A stretch of 64,000 nucleotides of DNA from Candidatus Woesearchaeota archaeon (GTDB lineage Archaea; Nanobdellota; Nanobdellia; Woesearchaeales; JAFCFN01): contig JAFCFN010000003.1 in the NCBI GenBank assembly GCA_017608625.1, positions 3,068 to 67,067 of the forward strand, written 5' to 3'. Under the pieces are notes generated by a model that was given only the letters and a program-made list of their open reading frames with translations, did no database searches and was not told the origin of the DNA. Numbering within the stretch: position 1 is the stretch's first letter; each line of letters opens with the position of its first letter. This document shows positions 9,251 to 19,940 of the stretch, piece after piece. The position numbers and the translations under genes are program-made.

Positions 9251-10771
9251 ATGAATATAAAGGCTCTAATAGCCAAATTACATCTGTTAGAGAGGCAAGT
9301 ATTACCTGTATTAGACAGATTTAGCTATTTATCAGATATAGCAAGAGCAACTGGCTTAAAAGAGGTTCAAGTAATGAGAGCCTTACAATGGCTCCAGAAT
9401 AAAAAAATCATTACTCTGACTTCTGAAATCAAAGAATTTATTGAACTAGATATAAACGGTAAAAAATATCTAAAAGATGGGCTACCAGAAAGAAGACTAC
9501 TGAATGCACTCAAAAAAGGAGAACTCACAATAAAACAAGCAACAGACAAAGCAAAGCTAACAAAAGAGGAGTTAAATATTTGCTTAGGGATATTAAGACA
9601 AAAAGCAGCCATTTTTATAACAAAAAATAAAGAATTAGTTATAAAATTATTAGATCAAGGTAAAAAATTACTTGAAAAAGAAACAATTGAAGAAAGATTT
9701 CTCAAAAAAGAGTTTCCTGTTGGAATAGAAAGTCTAAAACCAGAAGAAAAACTAGCATTTGAGAATCTGAGAAAAAGGAAAAAGATACTTAAAATAAACA
9801 AGAAAAAAATAAAAAAATGCCAACTTACAGAGTTAGGTAAACAAATTCTGGAATCAGGAATAGAGATAACAGATATAATGGATAGACTGACTCCAGAAAT
9901 GCTAAAAACAGGAAAATGGAGAGAGAAAAAATTCAGACCATATGATATAGCAGTAAATGTTCCTGCTATCTATCCAGGCAAATTACAACACTATCGAGCA
10001 TTTCTTGATGAAGTAAGACAGAAATTCCTTTCTTTAGGTTTTACAGAAATGACAGGTCCTATTGTAGAGACAGACTTCTGGGATATGGATGTCTTATATA
10101 TGCCTCAATTCCACTCTGCTAGAGATATTCATCAAGCATACTATATTAAAGATCCAGAGTATGGAAAACTAGACGAGAAACTAATTAATAGAGTTAAACA
10201 AGCCCATGAAAACGGTTTCAATACTGGATCAAAAGGTTGGCAGTATAAATTTGATGTTAAAAGAACTCACAGACTATTATTAAGAACACAAGGAACAGCA
10301 TGCTCAGCAAGAATGCTTGCTTCCAAGGATCTTAAGATACCTGGAAAATACTTTGGAATTAACAGATGTTTTAGATATGATGTAATTGATGCAACTCACT
10401 TACCTGATTTTACTCAAATAGAAGGGATTGTTGTTGAGGAAGGTCTAAATCTAAGACATTTATTCGGTTTATTAAAATTAATTGCAAAAGAATTTGCAGA
10501 TGCAGAAGAAGTTAAAATTGTTCCAGGATATTTTCCATTTACAGAACCTAGTGCAGAGCTATTTGCAAAGCACCCTGAACTAGGATGGATTGAACTAGGT
10601 GGAGCAGGGATATTCAGACCAGAAGTAACAAAACCTCTCGGCGTAAATGTTCCTGTTATTGCATGGGGTTTAGGCATAGACAGAATAGCAATGTTCAAAC
10701 TTGGTATAAAAGACATAAGAAAGCTCTACTCTCACGATTTAGAATTTTTAAGAAAATCTAAACTGCCATAA
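9251..10771 (+). CDS. pheS: Phenylalanyl-tRNA synthetase alpha subunit
   Basis: Class II core FRPYDIAVNVPAIYPGKLQHYRAFLDEVRQKF...MPQFHSARD...GAGIFRPEV. Confidence 0.9.
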   Translation: MNIKALIAKLHLLERQVLPVLDRFSYLSDIARATGLKEVQVMRALQWLQNKKIITLTSEIKEFIELDINGKKYLKDGLPERRLLNALKKGELTIKQATDKAKLTKEELNICLGILRQKAAIFITKNKELVIKLLDQGKKLLEKETIEERFLKKEFPVGIESLKPEEKLAFENLRKRKKILKINKKKIKKCQLTELGKQILESGIEITDIMDRLTPEMLKTGKWREKKFRPYDIAVNVPAIYPGKLQHYRAFLDEVRQKFLSLGFTEMTGPIVETDFWDMDVLYMPQFHSARDIHQAYYIKDPEYGKLDEKLINRVKQAHENGFNTGSKGWQYKFDVKRTHRLLLRTQGTACSARMLASKDLKIPGKYFGINRCFRYDVIDATHLPDFTQIEGIVVEEGLNLRHLFGLLKLIAKEFADAEEVKIVPGYFPFTEPSAELFAKHPELGWIELGGAGIFRPEVTKPLGVNVPVIAWGLGIDRIAMFKLGIKDIRKLYSHDLEFLRKSKLP

Positions 10772-10772
10772 A

Positions 10773-12431
10773 ATGCCAACAATAAACTTTAGCTTAAAAG
10801 ATTTGCAGCTTTTAATTAGAAAAAAAGCTAGCATAGAAGAATTAAGAGAACTATTAACTTATTGCAAAGCAGAGCTTGACGACTATGATAAAACAACAGA
10901 TGAAGTTAGTGTTTCACTTGCCGACACAAATCAGCCTTATTTATGGAGTGTAGAAGGAATAGCAAGATTGCTTAAAGGAGTTCTTGGAAAAGAAAAAGGC
11001 ATACCGAAACTAAAGATAAACAAATCAAGTTATAAATTAATTGTTGACAGCTCTATCAAAGAAGTCAGACCTTATATAGCTGCTTTTGTTGCAAAAGGAA
11101 AAAAGATATCTGACTATTTATTAAAACAAATTATACAGTTACAAGAAAAATTATCAGAGAATTATGGTCAGAGAAGACAAAAACTGGCAATAGGCGTTTA
11201 TCCTTTAAGCAAAATAAAATTCCCAATCTATTATAAAGCAATACTACCAGACTCAATCTCGTTTGTTCCTTTAGATTTCAAAAAAGAAATGACTCCACAA
11301 GAAATCTTAGAAGAACATCCAAAAGGGCAAGAATATAGTTACATACTTAAGGACTATAAAAAATATCCTATTTTAATTGACTCAGAAAAAAATGTTCTTT
11401 CATTCCCTCCAGTAATTAATTCTGCTGAAACAGGAAAAATAGAAGAAGATGAGCAAGAATTGTTTTTTGAAGCAACTGGAACAGATCTAAATACTGTTTT
11501 ATTAGCTGCGAATATATTTGCCCAAGCATTATACGATAGAGGCTTCACAATCTATTCAGTAGCTATTAATTATAAGAACAAAAGGATTTTAACACCAAAA
11601 CCATTTAATGAAAACATTAAAATCAAAAAACAAGATGTAGAAAATATTTTAGGATTAAAGCTAAAAGACTTTGAAATTAAGACATTACTGGAAAAAGCAA
11701 GATACAAATTTCAGAATTACAAAGTTCTAATTCCAGATTATAGACAAGATATTATGCATCCTGTTGATGTTATAGAAGATATAGCAATAATGTATGGATA
11801 TTCAAACATAAAAGATTCTCCTCTTAAAACTTACACTCCTGGAAACACATTTGATATAGTAAAATTTAGAAACAAAGCAAGACAACTAATAATTGGACAA
11901 GGATTCCAAGAAATTTTTTCTCCAATTCTATCAAATAAAAATTTATTGTACACTAAAATGAATACAAAAGATTTTGGAACAATTGAGGTTAAAGAATATA
12001 TGTCAGAAACCTATTCATGTGTTAGAACGTGGTTAATACCAATTTTAATGGATGTATTAGCAAAAAACAAACATATCTCTTATCCACAAAAGATCTTTGA
12101 ACAAGGTCTTGTTACAGTTAAGAAATTTGATAAAATAACTGATTTTGAAAGATTAGCAGCATTAATAGCATCTGATAAAGCAGATTATACAAGAGCAAGA
12201 CAAAGCATAGATGCATTATTTAGAGCATTAGGAATAGGGTATGAGATAGAAGAAACAGAGCATTCATCATTTATTAAAGGAAGAGTTGGAAGAGTAATTG
12301 TAAATGGAAAAAAAGTAGCATTTGTTGGAGAAATCTCACCAAAAGTTCTGGAAAACTTTGCATTATTAGTACCAGTTGCTGGTTTTGAGCTAAATCTAAC
12401 TGAATTATTCGAGGCTATTAAGAATAAATGA
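10773..12431 (+). CDS. pheT: Phenylalanyl-tRNA synthetase beta subunit (archaeal type)
   Basis: 552 aa, adjacent to pheS. B3/4 and B5 domain-like blocks typical of archaeal PheT. Confidence 0.85.
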   Translation: MPTINFSLKDLQLLIRKKASIEELRELLTYCKAELDDYDKTTDEVSVSLADTNQPYLWSVEGIARLLKGVLGKEKGIPKLKINKSSYKLIVDSSIKEVRPYIAAFVAKGKKISDYLLKQIIQLQEKLSENYGQRRQKLAIGVYPLSKIKFPIYYKAILPDSISFVPLDFKKEMTPQEILEEHPKGQEYSYILKDYKKYPILIDSEKNVLSFPPVINSAETGKIEEDEQELFFEATGTDLNTVLLAANIFAQALYDRGFTIYSVAINYKNKRILTPKPFNENIKIKKQDVENILGLKLKDFEIKTLLEKARYKFQNYKVLIPDYRQDIMHPVDVIEDIAIMYGYSNIKDSPLKTYTPGNTFDIVKFRNKARQLIIGQGFQEIFSPILSNKNLLYTKMNTKDFGTIEVKEYMSETYSCVRTWLIPILMDVLAKNKHISYPQKIFEQGLVTVKKFDKITDFERLAALIASDKADYTRARQSIDALFRALGIGYEIEETEHSSFIKGRVGRVIVNGKKVAFVGEISPKVLENFALLVPVAGFELNLTELFEAIKNK

Positions 12432-13246
12432 ATAAACAACCAAAAATAGGTCTTGTTCTAGGAGGGGGAGGGGCTAAAGGTCTAGCTAGTATAGGAGTTC
12501 TAAATGTTTTACTAAGCAAGAAAATTCCAATCCATTGTGTTGCTGGAACAAGCATAGGATCACTTATTGGTGCATACTACGCAATAAATTTGGAAGTTAA
12601 AACTTTAGAAGATTTAGTAAACAAAATGAACAAAAAAGATTTTATTAAACTTATTGATTTAACCTCTCCTAAAAAATCATTGATAGGTGGCAGAAAAATC
12701 AAAAGATTTCTTAAAAAGATTATCAATAAAAAATACTTTTCTGATACAAAAATACCTCTCACAATCGTTGCTACTGATCTAAGAACTGGTAAAGAAATTA
12801 GACTAAAGAAAGGAAAATTAATAGACGCTATTATGGCAAGTATTAGCATACCTGGAATTTTCCCTCCATACAAAATTAATGATAGATTATTAGTAGATGG
12901 GGGGATTTCGAATCCAACACCGATTGATGTTATTGATGAAATGGGAGCAGACATAATTATTGCAGTTGATTTTACACTACCAGAAAAAATAAAGCTAAGA
13001 TCCCCAACAATTATTGATACTGTAATGAGAAGCTTTGAAATTCTTAGAGGACAAACAGCAAAATTAAGAATGCTTGAAGTAAAAAGAGATTTTATTCTAA
13101 TAAAACCAAAGTTGAGCACAGAATCCAAGTTTATAAGATATGATTTAGCAAAAGATTTCATGAAACAAGGAGAATTAGCAGCAAAGAAAATCTTACCAAA
13201 GATACAAAAAGCATTAAACAAATATTTTGAAAATAAAAAGAAATGA
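12428..13246 (+). CDS. Patatin-like phospholipase
   Basis: GLVLGGGGAKG oxyanion motif, GTSIGS nucleophile elbow (GxSxG), DGG catalytic Asp motif. Confidence 0.8.
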   Translation: MNKQPKIGLVLGGGGAKGLASIGVLNVLLSKKIPIHCVAGTSIGSLIGAYYAINLEVKTLEDLVNKMNKKDFIKLIDLTSPKKSLIGGRKIKRFLKKIINKKYFSDTKIPLTIVATDLRTGKEIRLKKGKLIDAIMASISIPGIFPPYKINDRLLVDGGISNPTPIDVIDEMGADIIIAVDFTLPEKIKLRSPTIIDTVMRSFEILRGQTAKLRMLEVKRDFILIKPKLSTESKFIRYDLAKDFMKQGELAAKKILPKIQKALNKYFENKKK

Positions 13247-13253
13247 GATATAT

Positions 13254-13646
13254 CTAAGTTTTTTTCTCTTTTTTAATCTCTTCTTTCTTCTCTACCTTTT
13301 CTTTAACTTCTTTTTTAACTTTTGTTTCTTTCTCAGGTTTCTCTTCTTTTACTTTTTCTTTCTTCTTCCTCTGCTTAACAGGTTTAGGAGGTTTCTCCTT
13401 TTTTGGTTTTGTTTCTTTAATCTCTATTCCTAATTTCTTAAATTCAGTAACAACCTCTTCATGACTTGCACCTTTACTTATTTTAACAACTTGCTCTAAA
13501 GGTTCAATATGCTTAATATTACACTTTCTTCTTCTTACTTGACCATCTATTAAAACATAATTATCATCAAGTATATCAATTATAATTCCCTTTAATCCAG
13601 CATCTCTTCCAGCTATTTTAACAACCAATCTTCCTATCTCAATCAT
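13254..13646 (-). CDS. rpl14e: Ribosomal protein L14e with a Lys/Glu-rich C-terminal tail
   Basis: MIEIGRLVVKIAGRDAGLKGIIIDILDDNYVLIDG is a KOW-type L14e N-terminus. A K/E low-complexity tail follows. Confidence 0.75.
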   Translation of the reverse strand: MIEIGRLVVKIAGRDAGLKGIIIDILDDNYVLIDGQVRRRKCNIKHIEPLEQVVKISKGASHEEVVTEFKKLGIEIKETKPKKEKPPKPVKQRKKKEKVKEEKPEKETKVKKEVKEKVEKKEEIKKEKKT

Positions 13647-13954
13647 GTTCTCACTTTCTCTTTAATTATCTCTCTCATGCATGCCCCACAATAGTACCCT
13701 CCAAAAGGTCTGGTAGGCCTTTTTTTTGTCTTTGCCATATTTCTCATTTTATAAGGTCTCTCTCTTGGAACACCATGCAACATTTTACCGCATCTTGCAC
13801 ATCTAGCTTTATTAGGCTTTCTTTTCTTGAAATGAACAACTGTTCTACCACCAGGAGTTCTAACAAACACTCTTTTAAAAGTCTTTGATTTAAGCTTTCT
13901 TGGTTCACCTTTTCTTAAGATTCTACTTTTGCCTTTTGATTTTTTCCCAACCAT
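13643..13954 (-). CDS. rpl34e: Ribosomal protein L34e
   Basis: RVFVRTPGGRTVVHFKKRKPNKARCARCGKMLHGV..RPFGGYYCGAC matches L34e. Confidence 0.85.
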   Translation of the reverse strand: MVGKKSKGKSRILRKGEPRKLKSKTFKRVFVRTPGGRTVVHFKKRKPNKARCARCGKMLHGVPRERPYKMRNMAKTKKRPTRPFGGYYCGACMREIIKEKVRT

Positions 13955-14701
13955 TTAGTACAACCTCATTAATTTTCTTAATAAAATGCTTATAACAATT
14001 GAAAATATGATATAACTGCCTAGCCAGCCTATTTTCCATCCAAATAAATTTAAAACAACAATCTTTTTATACCCTATTTCAATTGATTTAACAACACTAT
14101 TTTTAAATTTTTTTATTGGATCCTTATAACCATAATTGTTATTTATTAAAATATCAATAGTATAGGGCTTATCATTATATCTGTACTCTAATGTCCACTC
14201 TCCTTCTTCTCCTTTCAATTTCCAGCTAACTTTATCATTAACAATGGCCTTAGTTTTATTCCCTATTACTTCAATTCCATCAGGAACAACGATTGTTACT
14301 TCTCCTCCTGTTCCTTCAACAAAATTGATTGTTGTATTAAACTCTTCACCAGGTGTGATTGGATAATAAGCCATTGTTGAACTTAACCAGCCAAAAATAA
14401 TTATAATTGGGATTAGTGTGATAAAAGTTGGTTTTATACTATGGCTCATAATCTTAAACTGCTTTTCCATCATTTCTTTCTGTATCTCAAGCATTTTTTT
14501 AGGATCCTCTTTAAATTGCTTGATATCAGCTTGTAGCTTCTTCACTTCTTCTTTTAGCTTTTTCATCATTTCTTGATCTGTCATAAATTTGTAAACCAAA
14601 GTAATAAAAAAAGTAATTACTAGAGAAATAATTAGAATGGGCCATGGCTGACTTAATTTTAATACTGGTCCGAAAATTGAGTTAAAAAAAGATGTAAGCA
14701 T
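13955..14701 (-). CDS. DUF106 / archaeal YidC-Oxa1-like (EMC3/TMCO1 family) membrane insertase homolog with an extra C-terminal beta-rich domain
   Basis: TM-coiled coil-TM architecture. Located directly downstream of secY, as in other archaea. Confidence 0.5.
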   Translation of the reverse strand: MLTSFFNSIFGPVLKLSQPWPILIISLVITFFITLVYKFMTDQEMMKKLKEEVKKLQADIKQFKEDPKKMLEIQKEMMEKQFKIMSHSIKPTFITLIPIIIIFGWLSSTMAYYPITPGEEFNTTINFVEGTGGEVTIVVPDGIEVIGNKTKAIVNDKVSWKLKGEEGEWTLEYRYNDKPYTIDILINNNYGYKDPIKKFKNSVVKSIEIGYKKIVVLNLFGWKIGWLGSYIIFSIVISILLRKLMRLY

Positions 14702-14702
14702 T

Positions 14703-16094
14703 TTAAACCTGCATAAACTTTCTCATCATAGGATACATATCATACATGTGCTGCTTGGCTATCTCTTCATACAACCTATAAATAATCATAACAGTCAACA
14801 ATATTCCTGTACCTCTGCTTAATGCTCCACTTAAATCAGCCATAGCAGCTAAAAACCCTACTAATAAAGCACCCATTATTGTTAATGGCCATATATACCT
14901 ATTCAGCAATCTCTCTAAAACTCTTTCATCTCTTCTAAAACCAGGTATTTGTAAACCAGAAGCCATAATATTTCTTGCCTGACTTTTTGCATCCATCCCT
15001 GCTGTTTGTACCCAAAATATACTAAATATTACACAACCAACTAACATAAAGCCTACATAAACTAAACTATGCCATATATCAGGCCAAGTCAAAGAACCTT
15101 TTATTATCTTTCCAATAAGATCAGGAGAATAAATCCATGCAACCAGGCCTGTTGCAGGCCTATTTCCTACGAAAGTTCCTAAAATAGGTTTGCCCCAGTT
15201 CTGCAACAATCTTGCCCATAACTGTATATTTGCCATTAAAGCAGCAACCAAAATAACAGGAATATTAGATGTGTAAATAAAATTCAAAGGCCACCTTACA
15301 CCATAACCTCTTATCCTCCCAAAACTTAAAGGTATCTCTACCTTCATTGCTTGACCATAAACAGCAATCACAAAAACAAGTACTGTTGCCAAAACAGCAG
15401 CTAACATCAACCCTGCTGTCAAAGGATCACCAGCAGACAGACTTTGAAATAAAGCAGGTATTGCACCTGTTGCTATACTCGGGTTAGTAGGAGAAGGCAA
15501 CCATGAAAACGCTCTGATAAAAATTTCCTCAGAAACACCAGCTGCAATAAACAAACTAACACCAGAACCAAAACCCCACTTGCTAATAACTTCATCCATA
15601 AACAATATTAACACCCCTCCTAAAAATAACTGAAAAACCAAAATCAATTGTAATTGCAAATACAAAAAAGTGCCTGCAAATTTAGGATCAGGAGCCAGAC
15701 CACCCATAAACACATAGATTACTGCTTCAAAAACAATGAAAAATATTGCTAATAGCTTTTGCAAACCTTGAAAAGTTCTTCTTCCTTCTGGAGAAGTTAA
15801 ATCCATCTTTACTATACCAGACCCAACTAATAACTGCAAAATAATACTCGCTGTTACAATGGGTCCGATACCTAAACTAATTAAACTTCCAAATTTAGCA
15901 CCTAAAATAATACTTAAATACTCAAACCTCTGCAAAGCATTAGCTCCTAAACCAAACAAAGGAATCAAACTAAGAACAAAAAATATAACTAGAATCAAAA
16001 GAGTCCATTTTAATTTCTCTTTAAAAGATAATCTTTTCTCCTTAGGTTTAGCAACCTCTGGGAGATTCATTAACAAATTTCTGAATAGACTCAT
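14703..16094 (-). CDS. secY: Preprotein translocase SecY
   Basis: 463 aa, 10-TM profile, conserved SecY blocks, operon position after L15. Confidence 0.9.
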   Translation of the reverse strand: MSLFRNLLMNLPEVAKPKEKRLSFKEKLKWTLLILVIFFVLSLIPLFGLGANALQRFEYLSIILGAKFGSLISLGIGPIVTASIILQLLVGSGIVKMDLTSPEGRRTFQGLQKLLAIFFIVFEAVIYVFMGGLAPDPKFAGTFLYLQLQLILVFQLFLGGVLILFMDEVISKWGFGSGVSLFIAAGVSEEIFIRAFSWLPSPTNPSIATGAIPALFQSLSAGDPLTAGLMLAAVLATVLVFVIAVYGQAMKVEIPLSFGRIRGYGVRWPLNFIYTSNIPVILVAALMANIQLWARLLQNWGKPILGTFVGNRPATGLVAWIYSPDLIGKIIKGSLTWPDIWHSLVYVGFMLVGCVIFSIFWVQTAGMDAKSQARNIMASGLQIPGFRRDERVLERLLNRYIWPLTIMGALLVGFLAAMADLSGALSRGTGILLTVMIIYRLYEEIAKQHMYDMYPMMRKFMQV

Positions 16095-16540
16095 TTTTCT
16101 TTAGTCAGAATAACCTCTCCACCAACTTTCTTTATCATTTCTATTACTTTAGCAGAAGCAAGCTCTGTTTTAATTTTAAATTTCTTTGTAACCTTGCCTT
16201 CAGAAAGCAATTTATTAAAACCTAATTCCTTTAAATCAACAACATAATAATCATCTTCCTTTTTTATTTTATTTTCTGATAATAACCTGTCAAAATTCTC
16301 TTCAAAAAATCGAATATTAATAGGTTTAACTTCTTTTTTAATTCCTTTTTTCTTAAACCCTTTTTTTCCAAAATGTCTTTCTTTCCAGTAAGAAGGTTTT
16401 TTTTGATCAGCTCTTTTGCCAGTTCCAGCCTTGCCTCTACCACCCCTGTTTCCAGCTCCTCTATGCTTTTTCATCTCACCCCATCCATGGGTTTTGCTTC
16501 CTCTCTGCCTTGAAACCTTTTTTCTTCTGTTAACTACCAT
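16091..16540 (-). CDS. rpl15: Ribosomal protein L15 (uL15)
   Basis: HGWGEMKKHRGAGNRGGRGKAGTGKR glycine-rich motif. Confidence 0.85.
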   Translation of the reverse strand: MVVNRRKKVSRQRGSKTHGWGEMKKHRGAGNRGGRGKAGTGKRADQKKPSYWKERHFGKKGFKKKGIKKEVKPINIRFFEENFDRLLSENKIKKEDDYYVVDLKELGFNKLLSEGKVTKKFKIKTELASAKVIEMIKKVGGEVILTKEK

Positions 16541-16541
16541 T

Positions 16542-16970
16542 TTACACCATCTTCTTTATCAACTCATTAATTTTATCTCCTCTATAACCTAATGCACCTC
16601 CTACAGAGAAAGGTATCTTGATCCCTTTTCTCTCAAACCCTCCTTTAGGATTATTCAGCCTGAAAAAAGGTTTATACTTCTTACCATTATAAACAACAAA
16701 TTTTTTATATTGTATTTTTCCTTTACTGTCTTTTATTCTTCCTTTATACTCTTCTCCTCTTTTTTCAAATAATAATTTCTCAGTTTCATCGTCTATTTCC
16801 CCATAAGTGACATAATCCTTCACCTTTTTAATCATCCCAATATAACTAGATGAATCAGGCACAATAACACAAAAATTCTTTTTATATAATCTAAGTACGT
16901 TTAAAGTATCTTTAATTTCTTTTCTAATTCCAACTAACCCTCTTATTCTGATTATAGCTATTTTTTTCAT
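16542..16970 (-). CDS. rpl30: Ribosomal protein L30 (uL30/L7e)
   Basis: IAIIRIRGLVGIRKEIKDTLNVLRL N-terminal motif. Confidence 0.85.
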   Translation of the reverse strand: MKKIAIIRIRGLVGIRKEIKDTLNVLRLYKKNFCVIVPDSSSYIGMIKKVKDYVTYGEIDDETEKLLFEKRGEEYKGRIKDSKGKIQYKKFVVYNGKKYKPFFRLNNPKGGFERKGIKIPFSVGGALGYRGDKINELIKKMV

Positions 16971-17770
16971 GTTTTAGCAAACCCCTCAACAACACCTGCT
17001 TCATTTATAAAGTCAGATTTGACTTTTATTTCCATAAGTTTTTTTAATGCATTGAAACATGCATAAATTAAATTTAATTTAGTTTTTGCTCTTCTTAACT
17101 GTTTTGACCACACATCTTTAATTCCAGCCAACCTAAGAATTTTCTGACATTCTTTCTCTACAACTAATCCGCTACCTTTTGGAGCAGGCATCAGCATCAA
17201 AACAGCAGACCCACTCTTACCTTCAACACTAAAAGGTAAAGTATGAGGCTCCTTACAACCACATTCCCAACTTCCACATCCTCTTCTTATTTTAATAATG
17301 TTTAATTTAGCCCTTCTTATGGCTTTTTCTCTTGCAGGAACAGTTTCTTTAGCTTTACCAATTCCTATTCCTACAAAACCATCTTTATTTCCAACAACAG
17401 CCAAAGTTGCAAATCTTGGTTTGTTTCCTTCACTAGTTTTCTTCTGAGTCTGTCTGAATATTCTTCTCTGTCCACCACCAAATTTACCCTTAGCTTGTCC
17501 AATTAAAAGTAATTCAGTTTCTAAATTAGGTAATAAAGCATCTACAATTTCAGCTTCTTTAATTTTTATACCACTATCTAAAATTTGATCAATATTTTTG
17601 ATAATACCCTCTTTTACTTTTTTACCTGTCACTGTTTTAGGTTGCCATGACTCTTTATCAAATCCACTTTTAACAACCTTTTTCTCCTTTTCTTCAGCAA
17701 TTTCCTCTGCTTCTTGCTCAAGCTCTCTTTTACTTTCTTCATTATTTGGCAGTTTCTTTTTTCTCTGCAT
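16967..17770 (-). CDS. rps5: Ribosomal protein S5 (uS5) with an acidic N-terminal extension
   Basis: FATLAVVGNKDGFVGIGIGKAKETVPA...GSGLVVEKECQKILRLAGIKDVW. Confidence 0.9.
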   Translation of the reverse strand: MQRKKKLPNNEESKRELEQEAEEIAEEKEKKVVKSGFDKESWQPKTVTGKKVKEGIIKNIDQILDSGIKIKEAEIVDALLPNLETELLLIGQAKGKFGGGQRRIFRQTQKKTSEGNKPRFATLAVVGNKDGFVGIGIGKAKETVPAREKAIRRAKLNIIKIRRGCGSWECGCKEPHTLPFSVEGKSGSAVLMLMPAPKGSGLVVEKECQKILRLAGIKDVWSKQLRRAKTKLNLIYACFNALKKLMEIKVKSDFINEAGVVEGFAKT

Positions 17771-18348
17771 TATTTCTCACCCACAATCTTTTTCTTAACT
17801 TCATCAAAAATAAGGGGAATATTCTCAACATCAATATTATTTTTAATATGCCCAGAGAATATTTTATCAAATTTACTTTCTTTCTTTAACTTAATTGCAT
17901 AGTCAGATATATGCTTCCCTCTGATTCTTTCATCAGGAGGGAGTATAGATTGATCACAAATTACATCTAAACCAGCATCTAAACATCCTTTTAAAGCAGC
18001 ACATATTCTTCCTCCTTTTATCATTTTAGCCAAACCTAAATCCAACACTATTCTACCAAATTTTTTATTCATTGCTTTTTTACCAAGCAAGAATCCTGTT
18101 AAATAAGCAGCAGGCATATTAGATCTTGAGCATTTCCATCCAAACTTTTCCAATTCCTTACTTGATGCAGATACTAGTACTTTATCTCCTTTAGGATTAT
18201 ATTCTATAATCTGAGTAATAATATTCTTTGATGATCTTCTTATAACTAATCTTAGCATACCTCCTTGTAGTAATTTAAGTCTCTTCTTATAATTGGTTTT
18301 ACCTTCTCTTTTCCTTCTAAACTGAGCACTACGTATTTTTGATTTCAT
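17770..18348 (-). CDS. rpl18: Ribosomal protein L18 (uL18/L5e)
   Basis: RLVIRRSSKNIITQIIEYNPKGDKVLVSASSKEL. Confidence 0.85.
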   Translation of the reverse strand: MKSKIRSAQFRRKREGKTNYKKRLKLLQGGMLRLVIRRSSKNIITQIIEYNPKGDKVLVSASSKELEKFGWKCSRSNMPAAYLTGFLLGKKAMNKKFGRIVLDLGLAKMIKGGRICAALKGCLDAGLDVICDQSILPPDERIRGKHISDYAIKLKKESKFDKIFSGHIKNNIDVENIPLIFDEVKKKIVGEK

Positions 18349-18782
18349 TTTTTAAGACCCTCAAGATACAACTTAATATGCCTCTTACTTCTGAAAAATC
18401 CACCTTTACTTTTTAGATATAATTGCTTATAAAGTCCTTTGCTTATCTTGCCTTTATCTCTCAACTCCTTCAAAAACTCTCTTTGAATTCTGATCCTGTT
18501 AATCCACGCTCTTTTTTTGCTTAATCTTGCTGTTTCTTTACCTTTCCTCCTACCTTCTCCTTTCCTCCTACCTTTCCTTTTTTGCCTTTTTCTCTTCCTC
18601 ACCCAAAATTTTGATGTAGCCTTAAGCGGCTTAGCTTTGATTGCTCCAGCTTTTATTAAAGCTTTTATATCACGTTTTGTTATAGCTTCCTTTATCTCTG
18701 ATAATCTTGTTGGATCAAACCATACTCTATCTATACCAACTTTCAAAATTTCAGCTGCAATCCGCTTTTGGCCATTTACCAT
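18345..18782 (-). CDS. rpl19e: Ribosomal protein L19e
   Basis: QKRIAAEILKVGIDRVWFDPTRL...AKPLKATSKFWVRKRKRQKRKG. Confidence 0.9.
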   Translation of the reverse strand: MVNGQKRIAAEILKVGIDRVWFDPTRLSEIKEAITKRDIKALIKAGAIKAKPLKATSKFWVRKRKRQKRKGRRKGEGRRKGKETARLSKKRAWINRIRIQREFLKELRDKGKISKGLYKQLYLKSKGGFFRSKRHIKLYLEGLKK

Positions 18783-18786
18783 TTTT

Positions 18787-19356
18787 TTATACTTTTTTTG
18801 TTAATACTTTATCCTTCTCCTCCTTTTCCCTTTTCCTTCTCTCTTCATCACTCAATTTTTCCTTCTTTTTTTCAATAACTTTCTTTTCTTCTTTTTTCTC
18901 CACTACTTTTTCTTTGTTGATTTTCTCTTTCTCTTTCTTTTCCTTCATTTTTCCTTCAAGTTTCTTAATATAATCATCAGCATTCTTAATATTCAATATT
19001 TTTATACCAGACTTAATAGCCTCTTTAATTATCGCAATCCTTTTTTTATTTCCAACTGATTTAGCAATAACTATTCCTTCATTTTTATTATCAATTTTAC
19101 TTAAATCTTCAACTCGTCTAACTAACACTTGTTTTAAACCCTCTTTACTTAAGCCTCTTACAGCTTTTGGAAATTTATAACCTATCTGAATCTTTTTGCC
19201 AGCACCTTTTAAATTAAGCCTCAATTTGCTTTGATGACCTCTTGGTTTTTTCCATCTCTTTTCAAGCCTAATTTTTTTATGAGCATCTTGTCTAATGAAA
19301 ACGGGTTTCTTTTTCTTCAGACTTTCTCTTAATTTTAGTAGCTCTGTTTTAATCAT
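18787..19356 (-). CDS. rpl32e: Ribosomal protein L32e with a K/E-rich C-terminal tail
   Basis: FIRQDAHKKIRLEKRWKKPRGHQSKLRL. Confidence 0.85.
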   Translation of the reverse strand: MIKTELLKLRESLKKKKPVFIRQDAHKKIRLEKRWKKPRGHQSKLRLNLKGAGKKIQIGYKFPKAVRGLSKEGLKQVLVRRVEDLSKIDNKNEGIVIAKSVGNKKRIAIIKEAIKSGIKILNIKNADDYIKKLEGKMKEKKEKEKINKEKVVEKKEEKKVIEKKKEKLSDEERRKREKEEKDKVLTKKV

Positions 19357-19940
19357 TCTAATTCCTTACCTGCTTTTTCTATAATATAAATTCCATCCTG
19401 AAAAATTCTTCTATCATATTTTGTTCTTCTTGTTAATTTTTCAATGTCAGCAGCTACTTGTCCGGCAATTTCTTTATTAACAGATTCAACCGTTATTATA
19501 TCTCCATCAACTTTAACTGTAGCACCTTCTTTTAGTTTTAATTTTCTAGGAACCTTCTCTCCAAAAAAATTTTTAACAATAAGCTCCCCGTTACTTATGC
19601 TAACATTCATTGGAAAATGGCTTGAACAAATTTTTAACTTATATACATAACCTTCTTTAACTCCTAGAAGGATATTTTTAACATGTGCTTTGAAAGTTCC
19701 AAGAATTGCTTTTTCTCTTTTTGTTACCTCTTTACAACTAATTACAACATTTTTATTTTCTACACTAATATTTACTCCTGGATAAACTAACTTTCTTGTC
19801 ATTTCTCCTTTAGGACCCTTCGCATAGATTACATTATTCTCTATCTTAACTTCAACATCTTCAGGTATGCTAATGATTTCCTTAACCATTTCAGATTTCC
19901 TTACCATCAGTAACAAAACGCCAGCAGCCTTCCTCCACAA
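19353..19940 (-). CDS. rpl6: Ribosomal protein L6 (uL6)
   Basis: [29 protein letters not shown]. Two-domain L6 length. Confidence 0.85.
   Translation of the reverse strand: MWRKAAGVLLLMVRKSEMVKEIISIPEDVEVKIENNVIYAKGPKGEMTRKLVYPGVNISVENKNVVISCKEVTKREKAILGTFKAHVKNILLGVKEGYVYKLKICSSHFPMNVSISNGELIVKNFFGEKVPRKLKLKEGATVKVDGDIITVESVNKEIAGQVAADIEKLTRRTKYDRRIFQDGIYIIEKAGKELE

Noticed and set aside
13254-13400. Apparent repeat or low-complexity DNA (AAGAAA/CTTCTT-rich)
   Set aside because: It encodes the in-frame Lys/Glu-rich tail of L14e. It is not a CRISPR or tandem repeat, and spacing and units are irregular.
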